In this document: one piece after another, positions 49,518-60,402 of the stretch
Layout of the letters: each line of letters begins with the position of its first letter
Numbering within the stretch: the first letter of the stretch is position 1
From: Hydrurus foetidus
Lineage: Eukaryota
DNA length: 64,000 nt
Direction of reading: 5' to 3'
Assembly: GCA_900617105.1 (NCBI GenBank)
Contig: UYFQ01000163.1
Coordinates: 1 to 64,000 of the forward strand
Notes under the pieces: generated by a model
What the model saw: only the letters and a program-made list of their open reading frames with translations
Databases searched by the model: none
What the model was told of the DNA's origin: nothing
Program-made: the position numbers and the translations under genes

Positions 49518-51110
49518 TTAATCTAGAGCCATTTTACCAGTTCTAGAAGGCCAAATTAATTTTCCTAACTCCCATAATTTATTAAAGTGAGTTACTAATA
49601 TGTTACGAAACTTAAAATTAGAGAGAGTCTGTAAACTTCTTGCTTCTTGAACCTCATTGATAACATCATTATCATCAACACCTACATCCTTGTTAATACG
49701 ATTAATCTCATCACTTTCCAGAGTGGAGCAGTCAAATGCACGTGGATTATTTCCCTGGCGGCCACTACGAAATCTTCGAAATATAATTGGATCACAGTAG
49801 GCTTCTGTATCTCCTGGGGCATGCCATCCCAGTTCGCCCTGGTAGGGACTTATTACCCCCTTATTCCATCTCCTATCCAGTCCATCGCAATTCAGTAACA
49901 TGTTGTGGAATGCACAACAAGTGAACCAAATATCGTCTACCACCTCCAAACCATGCATCCTTACACCGGTCTTAAGAATTCTCCATCGTCCTAAAGTTGA
50001 ATTTAAATTATGGAGTATATGATAAGTATATGCTATGCAATACAGTGAAATTGATTTCTTACCTTTCATTATACCAAAGGTGCACTCAACATCTTTGCGC
50101 ATTGATTCGGCCCATCTTGACCACCTTTGTTCTCTGACGGAAGATGACGCTTTGAAAGGGCATATCAGTGAGGTCCACGATGGATACCCTCCATCAACAA
50201 GAATCCATGCACCTTTATAGTCCTTCTCTACACCCCTTTCATTATACAGAGAGAAAACATTGTCAGCAAGATAATTTCCTCTCTGAATGTCGGTAATGAA
50301 GTCATCAAAACGGACTATAGTAGTATCGTTCCATCGTCCAGGGAAGCCAACAGTTGTTGCAAGTATCTGCCGGCGGTGATTGACAACAAGTTGATATGCA
50401 CGAGTTGTATGAGATTCCTTTCCCCCAAGATTCTGATTCTTTAAGCGCGCATAGCACTTCTCCATTATAATGTGAGTAACATCGGCAGATCCAATACATC
50501 CATTGAACGCCGCCGCCTTAAACTCTGACATATGATCTTTGACTTCATCTTCAGATTCTGGGCGTTTCACCCACATGGGATATAGAAAGTTCCTGCAAGC
50601 TTTGACAAACAAATTGAAGAAAACGCGATGTGACTCCTCAGATACCCCTGTAGCCTCGGCGATATCGTCAAAAGTCCACCCTCTTCCTAGATAGCGCAAA
50701 GCACCCAGAATGAATAAATCCAATGGAATCCCAGGTTGGTTACATGCATTCCGTCGTTCATAGGTGGGAAACCATTTTTGCTCTCTCGCCAGTGCCACTA
50801 GACCTTGAAACTCGGCGTAGGGCATCCTGAATCGTCGCCTGAACTGGGCGTATTGACATTTATTTTTGAACCAACCGACTCCAGATACATATCTTCGGTA
50901 CCATTCCGACTCCACAGCTTGGAATGGATCATACCCTTGATAGTTCCTTGCAGCATATGGTCTTTTTTCTTTAACAACTACTTGTTTCTGTTCTTCTTTA
51001 CCCTCTTCATCCTCCTCGTCATCATTTCTATCTCGTTTCCTTTTATACGCAGCCCATTTATCAAATACGATAATTCCTTCATCATCAAAGATACTAGTGA
51101 ACCTCTCCAT
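49518..51110 (-). CDS. PIF/Harbinger DDE transposase; 72-nt in-frame intron 50062-49991
   Basis: FRRRFRM, ALRYLGRG, GCIGSADVTH, GRWNDTT, ILVDGGY, RKDVECTFGIMKG|RWRILK, CCAFHNML. Confidence 0.93.
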   Translation of the reverse strand: MERFTSIFDDEGIIVFDKWAAYKRKRDRNDDEEDEEGKEEQKQVVVKEKRPYAARNYQGYDPFQAVESEWYRRYVSGVGWFKNKCQYAQFRRRFRMPYAEFQGLVALAREQKWFPTYERRNACNQPGIPLDLFILGALRYLGRGWTFDDIAEATGVSEESHRVFFNLFVKACRNFLYPMWVKRPESEDEVKDHMSEFKAAAFNGCIGSADVTHIIMEKCYARLKNQNLGGKESHTTRAYQLVVNHRRQILATTVGFPGRWNDTTIVRFDDFITDIQRGNYLADNVFSLYNERGVEKDYKGAWILVDGGYPSWTSLICPFKASSSVREQRWSRWAESMRKDVECTFGIMKGKKSISLYCIAYTYHILHNLNSTLGRWRILKTGVRMHGLEVVDDIWFTCCAFHNMLLNCDGLDRRWNKGVISPYQGELGWHAPGDTEAYCDPIIFRRFRSGRQGNNPRAFDCSTLESDEINRINKDVGVDDNDVINEVQEARSLQTLSNFKFRNILVTHFNKLWELGKLIWPSRTGKMALD

Positions 51111-51413
51111 CTCAAATCAACTTTCAGATGTTGAATTGATGTCGATTAGGATGAGTTGTTAGTAATATAAATATTTTTTTCCTAATTATGTACCTGTACA
51201 ATCGAGGTACAAAAAAACTCAAGAATTTTGTCACAAGGGGCCTGTTTTGTACCTTGACAAAAACAGGAAATTCACTTTTTTTTTTGTTTTTTGTTTTTTG
51301 TACTTCACTACAATCGAGAATCCAAGTAAGAGGTACAAAACAGGAATTTTGTATTTTGTATTTTGTACTCCACTGGGACCGACCTAAGGGGGTCTCTTTA
51401 GACCCCTTTTTTC

Positions 51414-54400
51414 AAATCACCTGCACACGGACCGTTTGCACGATCCAGGATCCCCACCCTTCACCCAAAACAATCCCAAGTTCCGTCAAAAGTTTAGGTA
51501 CATTTATCTCACCAAATTCAAGACAGTTTGCACTGGCAAATACGGAAAAAGTCGAGGAACATGCTGGAGTATTTGGCTAGGGTAAAATTTTGGAAAAAAA
51601 TTCGAACTTTCAAATTTCATTTGACTTCAGGTGAAATTATCTACCCTTGCAATGTAAGCAGTACTGCTTCTAGCCATCTAGCCGCATTGGTCGGGCAATT
51701 TTGGTCTAGTTTCATATAGCGTGGTAGGATTGAATCGTCCTGGTTCGTAAGAAAAGTGTACCTGAAGAATCAGCTATGCCACGCTTAGTCAAGTTTGGAC
51801 GACGGGTCCGCAACGATAAAGGAGAGCTCCCTCAAATAGAGGACGAGCGCGACACGAAGAAGAGGAAAACCTCCTCTTCTATCGACGATTCTATCGTCGA
51901 CAATGACAGTGACGAAGATGGAAATTTATCTGCCGCTTTTGTTAGTAATGTCAACAACCGAGGTGACATTGATAGTTAAAGTGATGTGCACCAGCGAAAT
52001 CTTATAACTCCATCAAGAGATTCAATGGTCCATGACTACGAGGGTGTTAAGATTGCTGGAGATGTTTGTGCCGAAGATGCAGGTGTTATGGCTGCGTCTG
52101 TATCTCCTGAAGAGATTGCACCGACTCTTACTGTGGACACCCTTTTCAGCAGAACTGCTCTTTACAAATTAGCTAAACCTTTTCTTGAGAAACTCGAACA
52201 AATGTTAAATATCCTCATTGGAATTGACAACTATGGAACGAGTATCTCGGGCAACAAGTGGGGACAAACCAGAACAGACCAATTCGTAAACCACGTATTC
52301 TCTAGAGTACGGAGTATATTCAAGGTGACTGATGAAGAATCGACAGGACTGATGGACACAAAGATTGTTGATAGTGCTGTAAAGTACTTATCTTCATTAC
52401 AGAGTGGAGGAACAAATTTTACTGAAAATGAATACGTGAGGCAGCATATAGTAGAAGCATTGGTGATTAGTGATGTTTCGATTAGAGCAGTTGCTACGAG
52501 GTTGGGTGTCAATCGGAAAGTGCTACCATCAATCGTGCAGAAAAGAAAAATATATGACAAGATATGCGCTACAAAGTCCAGTTCAAGTAGTACCAGTCCC
52601 CAACACGATGATGATCAAAGCCTTGAGGCCATGCAAGACAGCTTCACAGGAGGGAGAGGATCTGAGGAGCTTGACATGTGTTATTTGTTTGCTTCTCTTC
52701 AAATTGATCCTGATGATGACTTCTTTTACCATGACGATCGTGGTCCTAGAAAGAAAAAAAATCGGAAACAAAATAATTTCAAAGAACATCTTGCAATCAA
52801 ACAGAGGAAACAGAGAAAAGACTGTCCGAATTATATCGAGGTAGTCAGAACATTTGCTCATTGCACATTTAGACCGGACACATTCGCGAAGAGGAAAGTA
52901 ATGATAAAGAATGACGATGGTACTTATGAGTATCATCTGCCCCACATTCAAAACAATTCAATCAAAGACACTCATGATAGTTTTATGGAATCAGAATTAT
53001 ACCATGATTGGCAATATCAAAATCGATGGAACAAAAAAGATAATCATGGGAATGAATTGGCGATCTTACCAACAATATGCTTGAGACTATTCTACTACGC
53101 CATGTGCCCTTGCTGTAAAAATCCGTCCCAAAGAGATTGTGCAGACAGTCTTGTTATCGGTTTCTCACACCTGTTGTGCGGATTGGGTAAAATAAGAAAT
53201 AGTGAAGTTGGCAATAAGAAACAGAGCATTTCAGATTGTAATTGTGTTTACCATTCAAGACAAGAGAACAGAGATCTATGGAGGTCCACAAATGATTTCA
53301 TGCTCGGTATGTTGTGTACACCAATAGAGTACACCGAATTCCAAAATCCAGAAATATCACAATACTCTACTCAGGTAATTAAGATTGTCGTCATTCTTCA
53401 TTCATATTAAATATTGTACATATCATACATTAGTTTGCAATCAGATAATACTTTTATTAATGTAATTAGGAACAGGAAGCAGGTGCTTGTGCAATGAAAA
53501 TAGAAAGAGACGTCGACAACAAAATGAATGCTCACTTCATGTCGGTTTCAAAAGGGCAAAGGGTCCGCGGGAGAGCAGTTAAATCCGAGGTGGCTATCAA
53601 ACCAGGACGGCAAGATGGGAAGCTATTCATTTTCGAGAGAAAATGTGCATATGGTGAGTGCAATAAGTGTGGAACTAAAAAATATTTCACAGATTACAAG
53701 TGTCCTCTTGAGTGGGATGATGATCTTCAAATTAACATCAAGGAATATCAAGATCTAGAAAGAAATAATAGCGATAAAAAACAAAAAGAACTTGTTGTTG
53801 TGACTGTTACAGCAAATGAGTTAATGCAAAAGATAGCAGAAACAGCACACGCAGTTATGAAGCACTTATGGCAATCGTGGTGGGGATCTCATCAAAGGAG
53901 ATATGACTATAACACATTCACGTACGGAATGGTACGCTACAAGGCTGACTTTTCAGCTACATTGGACATAAATCCTCAAGACAAATTGAATTGTGCTATC
54001 AGCGCACACGCCATACAGAATGTTATGATATTTTCATTGGCCCCGCAATTCAGAGATGTCACAAATAAGTGCAATTACACTTACTCAAAAAGATTTATTC
54101 ACAACATTGGTTTCAACTTCTGGGCATGTGGAAATTACTCACTTTCAAACAATTACTACTTCCATTACAAGTGTTTGGCTTGGGCTGTTAAGTACCTGCA
54201 AAGAAAATTTGGTGTAGAAGCAGTGAAATATATGGTTGGTTACACGGATGGTTGTCCAGATCAGTATAAGTCAAGGTTAAATGCAATTATGGTTGGTGGA
54301 TTCTGCGACAAGTTTGGACTGGAAGAATACATTCACCATTTCGCTCCAACAGCGAGTTTCAAAACAAATGTGGATGCTTTCGGAAGTGACACAAAGACTT

Positions 54401-56670
54401 ACATTGCTGATGGGGAGAGAAAAGAGAAATTCCGTTGTCCTACCGCAGAGGATGTGTACAAGCAATGCAGAGATCATATGCCTCCACCTCGAATTGTTAC
54501 TGACGCAAATCGAGAATTGGAAAAATGTGATGAAAGACATCACGTATATCTTGTAGATGCTAAGGACGCAACTGATGAACACCGCATCGATCCAAATGTT
54601 ATCATAACTAACTCAGCAGATGAGTCATGGGATAGCACGAACTTACCTGGGATTAAAGCTTCTTATGCAATTAGAGGTTATCGAGTATGACATACTCGAT
54701 ATCTGATTTAATCATCCTTCAAATCATTCAATACATTTTGTATTTTTTCTCTTCACAATGTTTTTTCCTCGAACTTATTTTATCTTTATCACTATTTACT
54801 TTCATCATCAATAGATGATAATAAGACAGTTGTAGAGATGAGGGACCATCCTTGTTTCTGTTCAAGTTGTAGCACCCGAAACTACAGTGACTGCTCTCAC
54901 AAGGAAACAGTCGGTCAGTGGAAAGCTACAACAATGACGTTAAAAACTATTCCAAAAGTTTATGACGTTGTCCCTGTTAGTGTTCAAAAGGTAACAAAAT
55001 TCTATTACGGAACAATATTGCAAGGTGAGCAAACATCGATTGTTGCGATGATGTTGACAGATAAAGATACTAGTACAAAGCATTTAAAACTAGGAACATT
55101 ATCTGCACCTCCAAAGATTAATAAAAAAGAAGCCATATCGAGAGATATAAAAATTAACAAAGTGAATTTCACAGTATCTGTACCCAAAAATGCTGCATAC
55201 GTTCGCGTGAAATTACTAATTCAGCATCCAAATCTTCAAAACTGTTACTATTTACAACAAAATACCAAAGAAACTAGCGTTCATGTCATTGATCTCATTG
55301 GTCCATCTACTGCAATGTATGACGACACCTCAATTAATAGACAAACGTTCGTCAAGTACAATAGAATAGAAAATGTTTTACAAAATGATATAATACAAGT
55401 TGTATACAAGATAGAAGACTCATGTATAGTCTGGTTTAATAGTCAAGTTTAATTAATACAACATTTGGTTCCTCCTTCTTACGTTGTGATTTATAGCCCA
55501 CAATACTCTTTCGGGAACGTACGAAAATCCGTACAGACTACCCGCCAGAAAATGCCCCATCATACTGTTCATATGATCCGAAGCCATATTGTAGAGCTAC
55601 AGATGTCAATGGGTCTGCACTGAACATTTTACAGCAGAGCGCGACAACTTCTGTTACTGGAGCAAGCTGCATCTAAAAAAGTGGGAGTCTCGTCACCTCC
55701 CTTTTTTAAGCACCAGACTTTAAATAAAATACTCGTCGACTTTTGACAACCCCACGCTCCAAGACGGCAACCATTCTCATCAATATAAAGCTATAGAAGA
55801 CGATGCATCCATACCGGATGTCAATTGTGTGGTACAACATCCGCTGCTACATTGCTGTGCGGCACTTCTGCTACGTAGTCGAGACGGAATAAAAAAAATA
55901 GGACTCTGTTTGATTCTCTTTTATGCGCACCAGACTTTACAAGCGTTAGTGCAGCATACTCGCTCTCACACATCAAATTAAAGATCATTCACGACCGCAC
56001 GAGATCCACAACCAATAGGGCCTCTTGATTCAGATGCACCGTCTGAATGTTCACAAAATGGAGTCAGTTGTTGGAGATAGCCCCTCAATCCAACACAAGA
56101 TGTCTCCCAGAAGGTTAATTCAAGAGATTGCGTTTGTTACGCACCAGATTTTCAAAGCTGAGCCTTGTCACTTCATTTGAAACGATGGAATCGGCTGACG
56201 ATTCCTCAGTCAATTGACCATGCTCCAGTCAGCGAGGCTTTGGTCATCGGATAGCAAAGCTGTAAGGATCATAAATCAAAATTGTTCCATCAGGATGAGA
56301 ATTTAAGAGTCAGCAGTTGCCGCAGAAAATCGTTGTCAGCAATCCCGACAATCTAAGTTGATCATGTATGGTGCTCATTGAAATTCTCGACTCCACCAAA
56401 TAACGCAGGAATTGTCGAAGACGACCAGAAAATTGCTGGCACCTGAGCAAAGTTTGTTGGCATCAAAGCATCCGAGATCCTCTCTGACCATCAATTCATC
56501 GACATATGACGCTCCAATCGGGGAATTATATTGTGATATTGTGGACAGGCGACGCAGTTGACGATTGGTACGGTGAGTACTTTCACTGGTGGAACGCACG
56601 CGGTCTGTACATCCGGCTGGGACGGGATTGGGGATCCTGATCGTGCAAACGGTCCACGTGCAGGTGATTT
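51414..56670 (+). mobile_element. Sola2-like DNA transposon (exact termini uncertain: 51414/51418 to 56666/56670)
   Basis: ~43-bp inverted repeats AAATCACCTGCACACGGACCGTTTGCACGATCCAGGATCCCCA / TGGGGATCCTGATCGTGCAAACGGTCCACGTGCAGGTGATTT enclose a DDD-type transposase gene. Confidence 0.75.
51986..55452 (+). CDS. Sola2-like transposase; introns 53375-53469 and probably 54677-54814; 5' end uncertain (possible exon 51776-~51960)
   Basis: CAYGECNKCG, KADFSA, YTDGCPDQYKS, HHFAPTASFKTNVDAFG and C-terminal RDHPCFCSSC resemble recalled Sola2 motifs (DFxEN, SDGxxxQYK, FFxTSHGKxxCD, RxxSCxCxxC). Introns restore the frame. Confidence 0.7.
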
Positions 56671-56990
56671 TATATTTTACATCGAACGTACGAACGACAT
56701 CATCCTCCATCTGGTACGCTCGGAACGAAGTGCCCTCCCACCATAATGAATAATGGTATCCCTAGTATCACAGTGACGACAGACGACATGACAGTGATTT
56801 TCGGTGAAACGAAACAACGAAACGACAGTCCGAGAGATAGATAGCTCACGTACGTACCGCTACCATACGTTTGATCAAGGCCCTTGGTTTGATCTCGATC
56901 TTGTTACGGTGTTACCGTAGTCAACAGTCAACGGTACAAAATATTAAATATGAGTTAGCATTCTGTGACCCAACTCTATGTGCTATGAGC

Positions 56991-57290
56991 CAAGGGGTAA
57001 TAAAAGGACCAGGGGGCACTAGCTCCCCACAGGCCCACTCAGACGATTCTCACCAACCTCTCACTCAGAGTTGAAATACCATCTCGTCTTGGACATCACC
57101 TAATCAGTGGGAAATTTACCAAATCAAACCACACTTCGATCAAATTGGCACGGTCATTGTTTCCCAATGACTGTGATCGCTGACCGCCGTGGTATTTGGA
57201 TTTTGAAAAAATCAGGCGAGAGGTTGGTGAGAATCGTCTGAGTGGGCCGGTGTGGAGCTAGTGCCCCCTGGTCCTTTTAATACCCCCTTG
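56991..57290. mobile_element. P-like MITE, 300 bp
   Basis: ~70-bp TIRs starting CAAGGGGTAATAAAAGGACC. Perfect 7-bp TSD TATGAGC (56984-56990, 57291-57297). Confidence 0.9.
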
Positions 57291-57591
57291 TATGAGCACT
57301 AGGATTCTCAAATCAGAGAGTTTTTTCAATTCAAACCAATTTTTCTGCTCACGAATGCGGATGAGGGTGTACTACAACAACTCATGGTTTGAATATATTT
57401 TTTAAACGCAGCGTACTTACAATGGCTCGGACGAATGAACAAAAACCGGATTAAAACTTAAAACCCCTTGAGTCTTCAGTTTCGGGTTTGCAGTTCGAGT
57501 TTGCAGTTTGTACCATCGGTAGGGTAGAATCGATCGAGACAACGTTAACATTTCGACATATTGCAGGAACTGAAGGACATCGAAAATCAAG

Positions 57592-59297
57592 ATGCCCTCC
57601 TTCATCGTCGGTGTACTGCTACTGTCAGTTGCCGGAGTGCTAGGTTTTAACCCAGTCGCGAATCAACAATCTCTTCGATCATGTCAATTATCGATGTCTG
57701 GAAAACCCTCAAAGGGCGCCGGATTCAACTACGATCCAGGCAACTATAAGGACTCCAATTCTGGAAATTACCGCCGCCTCTCTGATCAGCTCGCCGCAGC
57801 AAAATACGAGGACGAGGAGCTGAAGAAGGAGAGAGATGAAATCATCAGGAAGGAACAGATGGTGACCATGATGTTGCGAAGAGAGAACGAGACTTTCTGG
57901 GAAACCCCAGCGGACAAGATCATCGCAAGCTCTGATAGATACTTCGTATCTCCATCCGTCCTGCAAGTGATTGATGATTTGGACAACCAACTCATCGGCC
58001 TCAAGCCTGTAAGTTTTGACTAACTGACGTGTTTAATTACGCTAACTTTTCTGGCTGGCGGAATTTCGCGAGTCGTTAATGGTTATTGATTACTCTCACT
58101 GCCGAATTTTAAATTTAGGTGAAGGAGAAGATGAGAAGATACGCTGCTCAGATGCTCTCACACAAAATCAGGGAGTAAGTTCCAAATCTAAGGCAAATAT
58201 TCTCCTGTACGAGTTTTATTTACCTGCTTCGTTCAATTCATACTCTATTAGTGGTGCTGGAATAAAGACTACGATTCCTCCGCTTCACCACGTCTTCACC
58301 GGGAACCCAGGCACCGGTAAGTCCTAGCAAGAAGGTGCTTCCAGAAGCTGTAGTGTCCACTCAACCCCTATCCTAACTTTCGAATTGATCAGGCAAGACC
58401 ACTGTCGCGATGAAGATGGGCCAGCTGTACAAGGAAATGGGGTTCGTTAACACCGGACACACCGTGCAGGCCACTCGTGCCGATCTTGTCGGTCAGTACA
58501 TCGGACACACTGGACCCAAAACGAGAGAGATGATCACCCGCTCTTTCGGAGGAATCCTCTTCATCGATGAGGCCTATGGCCTCTACAAGGAGGACTCCAG
58601 AGATTACGGCTCCGAGGTTATTGAGATGCTTGTCAAGTTCATCGACATGACCGAGAACAAAGACTTCGTGCTCGTGCTTGCCGGTTACAGAAACCTCATG
58701 ACCCGCATGCTTAACGCCAATCTTAACCTCATGTCCAGAATGGGCAACTGGATCGGTGAGTACGACTTCTGACCTGCTCCACTCCCCTCGATAAACTTTA
58801 CATAGCGCCATCGACTGACTATGCACTACTTACAATACTGGTTGTAGATTTCCCTGATTATGATGGCGATGAGCTCAATCAGATCTCCGGCCTGCTCGCC
58901 AGAGATTACGGCTACAACTACCCCCCAGAAGCCAGGTACGTCAACTTCCTTTCTCTTGTCTTGATCTGCTGGATCATCCCTCATGGGCGATGTATGCCGA
59001 GGTAGTTCTGCTGAGATTTTTTAACATCTAAGTTTTTATTCTGAACTATTCCTCCACAGAGCCAAGTTCGTGGAGTTCATGGATCTGCGCAAGGAATTCC
59101 CGTACTTCTCCAACGCCCGTACGGTCAGAAACTGCATGGAGCGCGCCAGACGTGTTGCCGCCACCCGCATCCTCACCGACGCACTTGACAACGGCACGAA
59201 GTACACCATGTCCGAGATCCAGACATTCAACGCCAACGACTTCCAGATCATGATTGACGAGATCTCTCCCCTAGCAAGAACCACCATGTTGCCGTAA
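57592..59297 (+). CDS. cbbX: Nucleus-encoded CbbX, red-type Rubisco activase (AAA+); exons 57592-58008, 58119-58174, 58252-58316, 58393-58755, 58848-58935, 59060-59297
   Basis: LDNQLIGLKP|VKEK, Walker A FTGNPGTG|KT, pore loop LVGQYIGHTGPKT, Walker B GILFIDEAY, RDYGSE, VLAGY, DFPDY, FSNARTVRN. Signal peptide ending VLG-F followed by a transit-like segment. Confidence 0.93.
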
Positions 59298-60402
59298 ACA
59301 ATTAGAGTGCGTCTGTCTGCATGCAATTCATATCTGCATCGCTTTGTCTGCTCTTCAAAGTAGCATTCCTCACTGTTACATTGCCACGGAGTCTGCCATC
59401 CTCCGCAATTAGAGTTGTTAAAACCAATTAAAAAACAGGATATCTATCACTTTGCTATTAGTGGGACTTCTGCAGTTCTGAAAAGTCTCAGACTTGTGCT
59501 GAATATGCATCAAAAAATAGTTATTAGCACTTGTCATGAATGACGCCTAGCAGGTGTGCTCAGACGAAGAGTAAAATTGTCTATCTTTCGTAGGGCTTCA
59601 GTCGATACCATCCCACACGTAACTCTCTTGTCATCCAGGGACATGCGTTGACCAAGAAGGTGTTCAAGGTTAGGGTAACACTTACCTCTCTTACCTTTTT
59701 ACCATGCCCCTCCCCTACAAAATTACAGGACTCACACGGGGTAATCCTGAAGTAACTTTCGCTAAGTCGCTACGTATAGGTGATGGTCCTTCAAAAATAT
59801 GGAAAATTAGACGAGCTGTGCAATGAGATAAGAATAAGTGTTTAGATTATTCAAAATTAACGGAAATGTCGCTAACGTACTGAAAGTCAAAGCTTCGCAT
59901 TTACTGAACGTGCGAAGCGAATAAAAAGGATTTCGAATGTGATAAATGCATCAGTCATTTATATCAAATCTAATAAAATCTACGGCACAAAACACAACTG
60001 TACCGGGGCATTCCATGCCTGATCAAATTAAATAAATCAAGTCAAAATAAGTCAAATCAGCTGTGTGGGTCTTTCCGCAGCAGCTGTGTGCACCTGGGGT
60101 AGGGGGTATTTTTTCCGGACCAAAATCATATACGATACGACATTGCAAAAGTAACAATATGATATGTACCGAAGTATGCCAGGTGAAATAAATAAGAAAT
60201 AGCGTACCGCTCAATACATCGTGATATTGATGAAGTCCTTATCTACAAAATGAATGCTGGGCCACGTCATATAGACGCTGAAGCAGTATGGCGAACTCTG
60301 TTAACATACTAACAGCATCGATCATCTCAGCGGGTGGTCCTTATCGCACTGCAACGCAGTACCAAGCAGTACAGCCCGTGCCATTCTCCACGAATGACCT
60401 CT

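Larger units (their letters stand above)
47049..51384. mobile_element. Apparently intact PIF/Harbinger DNA transposon with two convergent genes
   Basis: TAA TSD (47046-47048, 51385-51387). ~40-bp imperfect TIRs GGCCCTTCCTAGTGGAGTACAAATTACAAAATACAAAATTC / GAATTTTGTATTTTGTATTTTGTACTCCACTGGGACCGACC. Confidence 0.9.
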
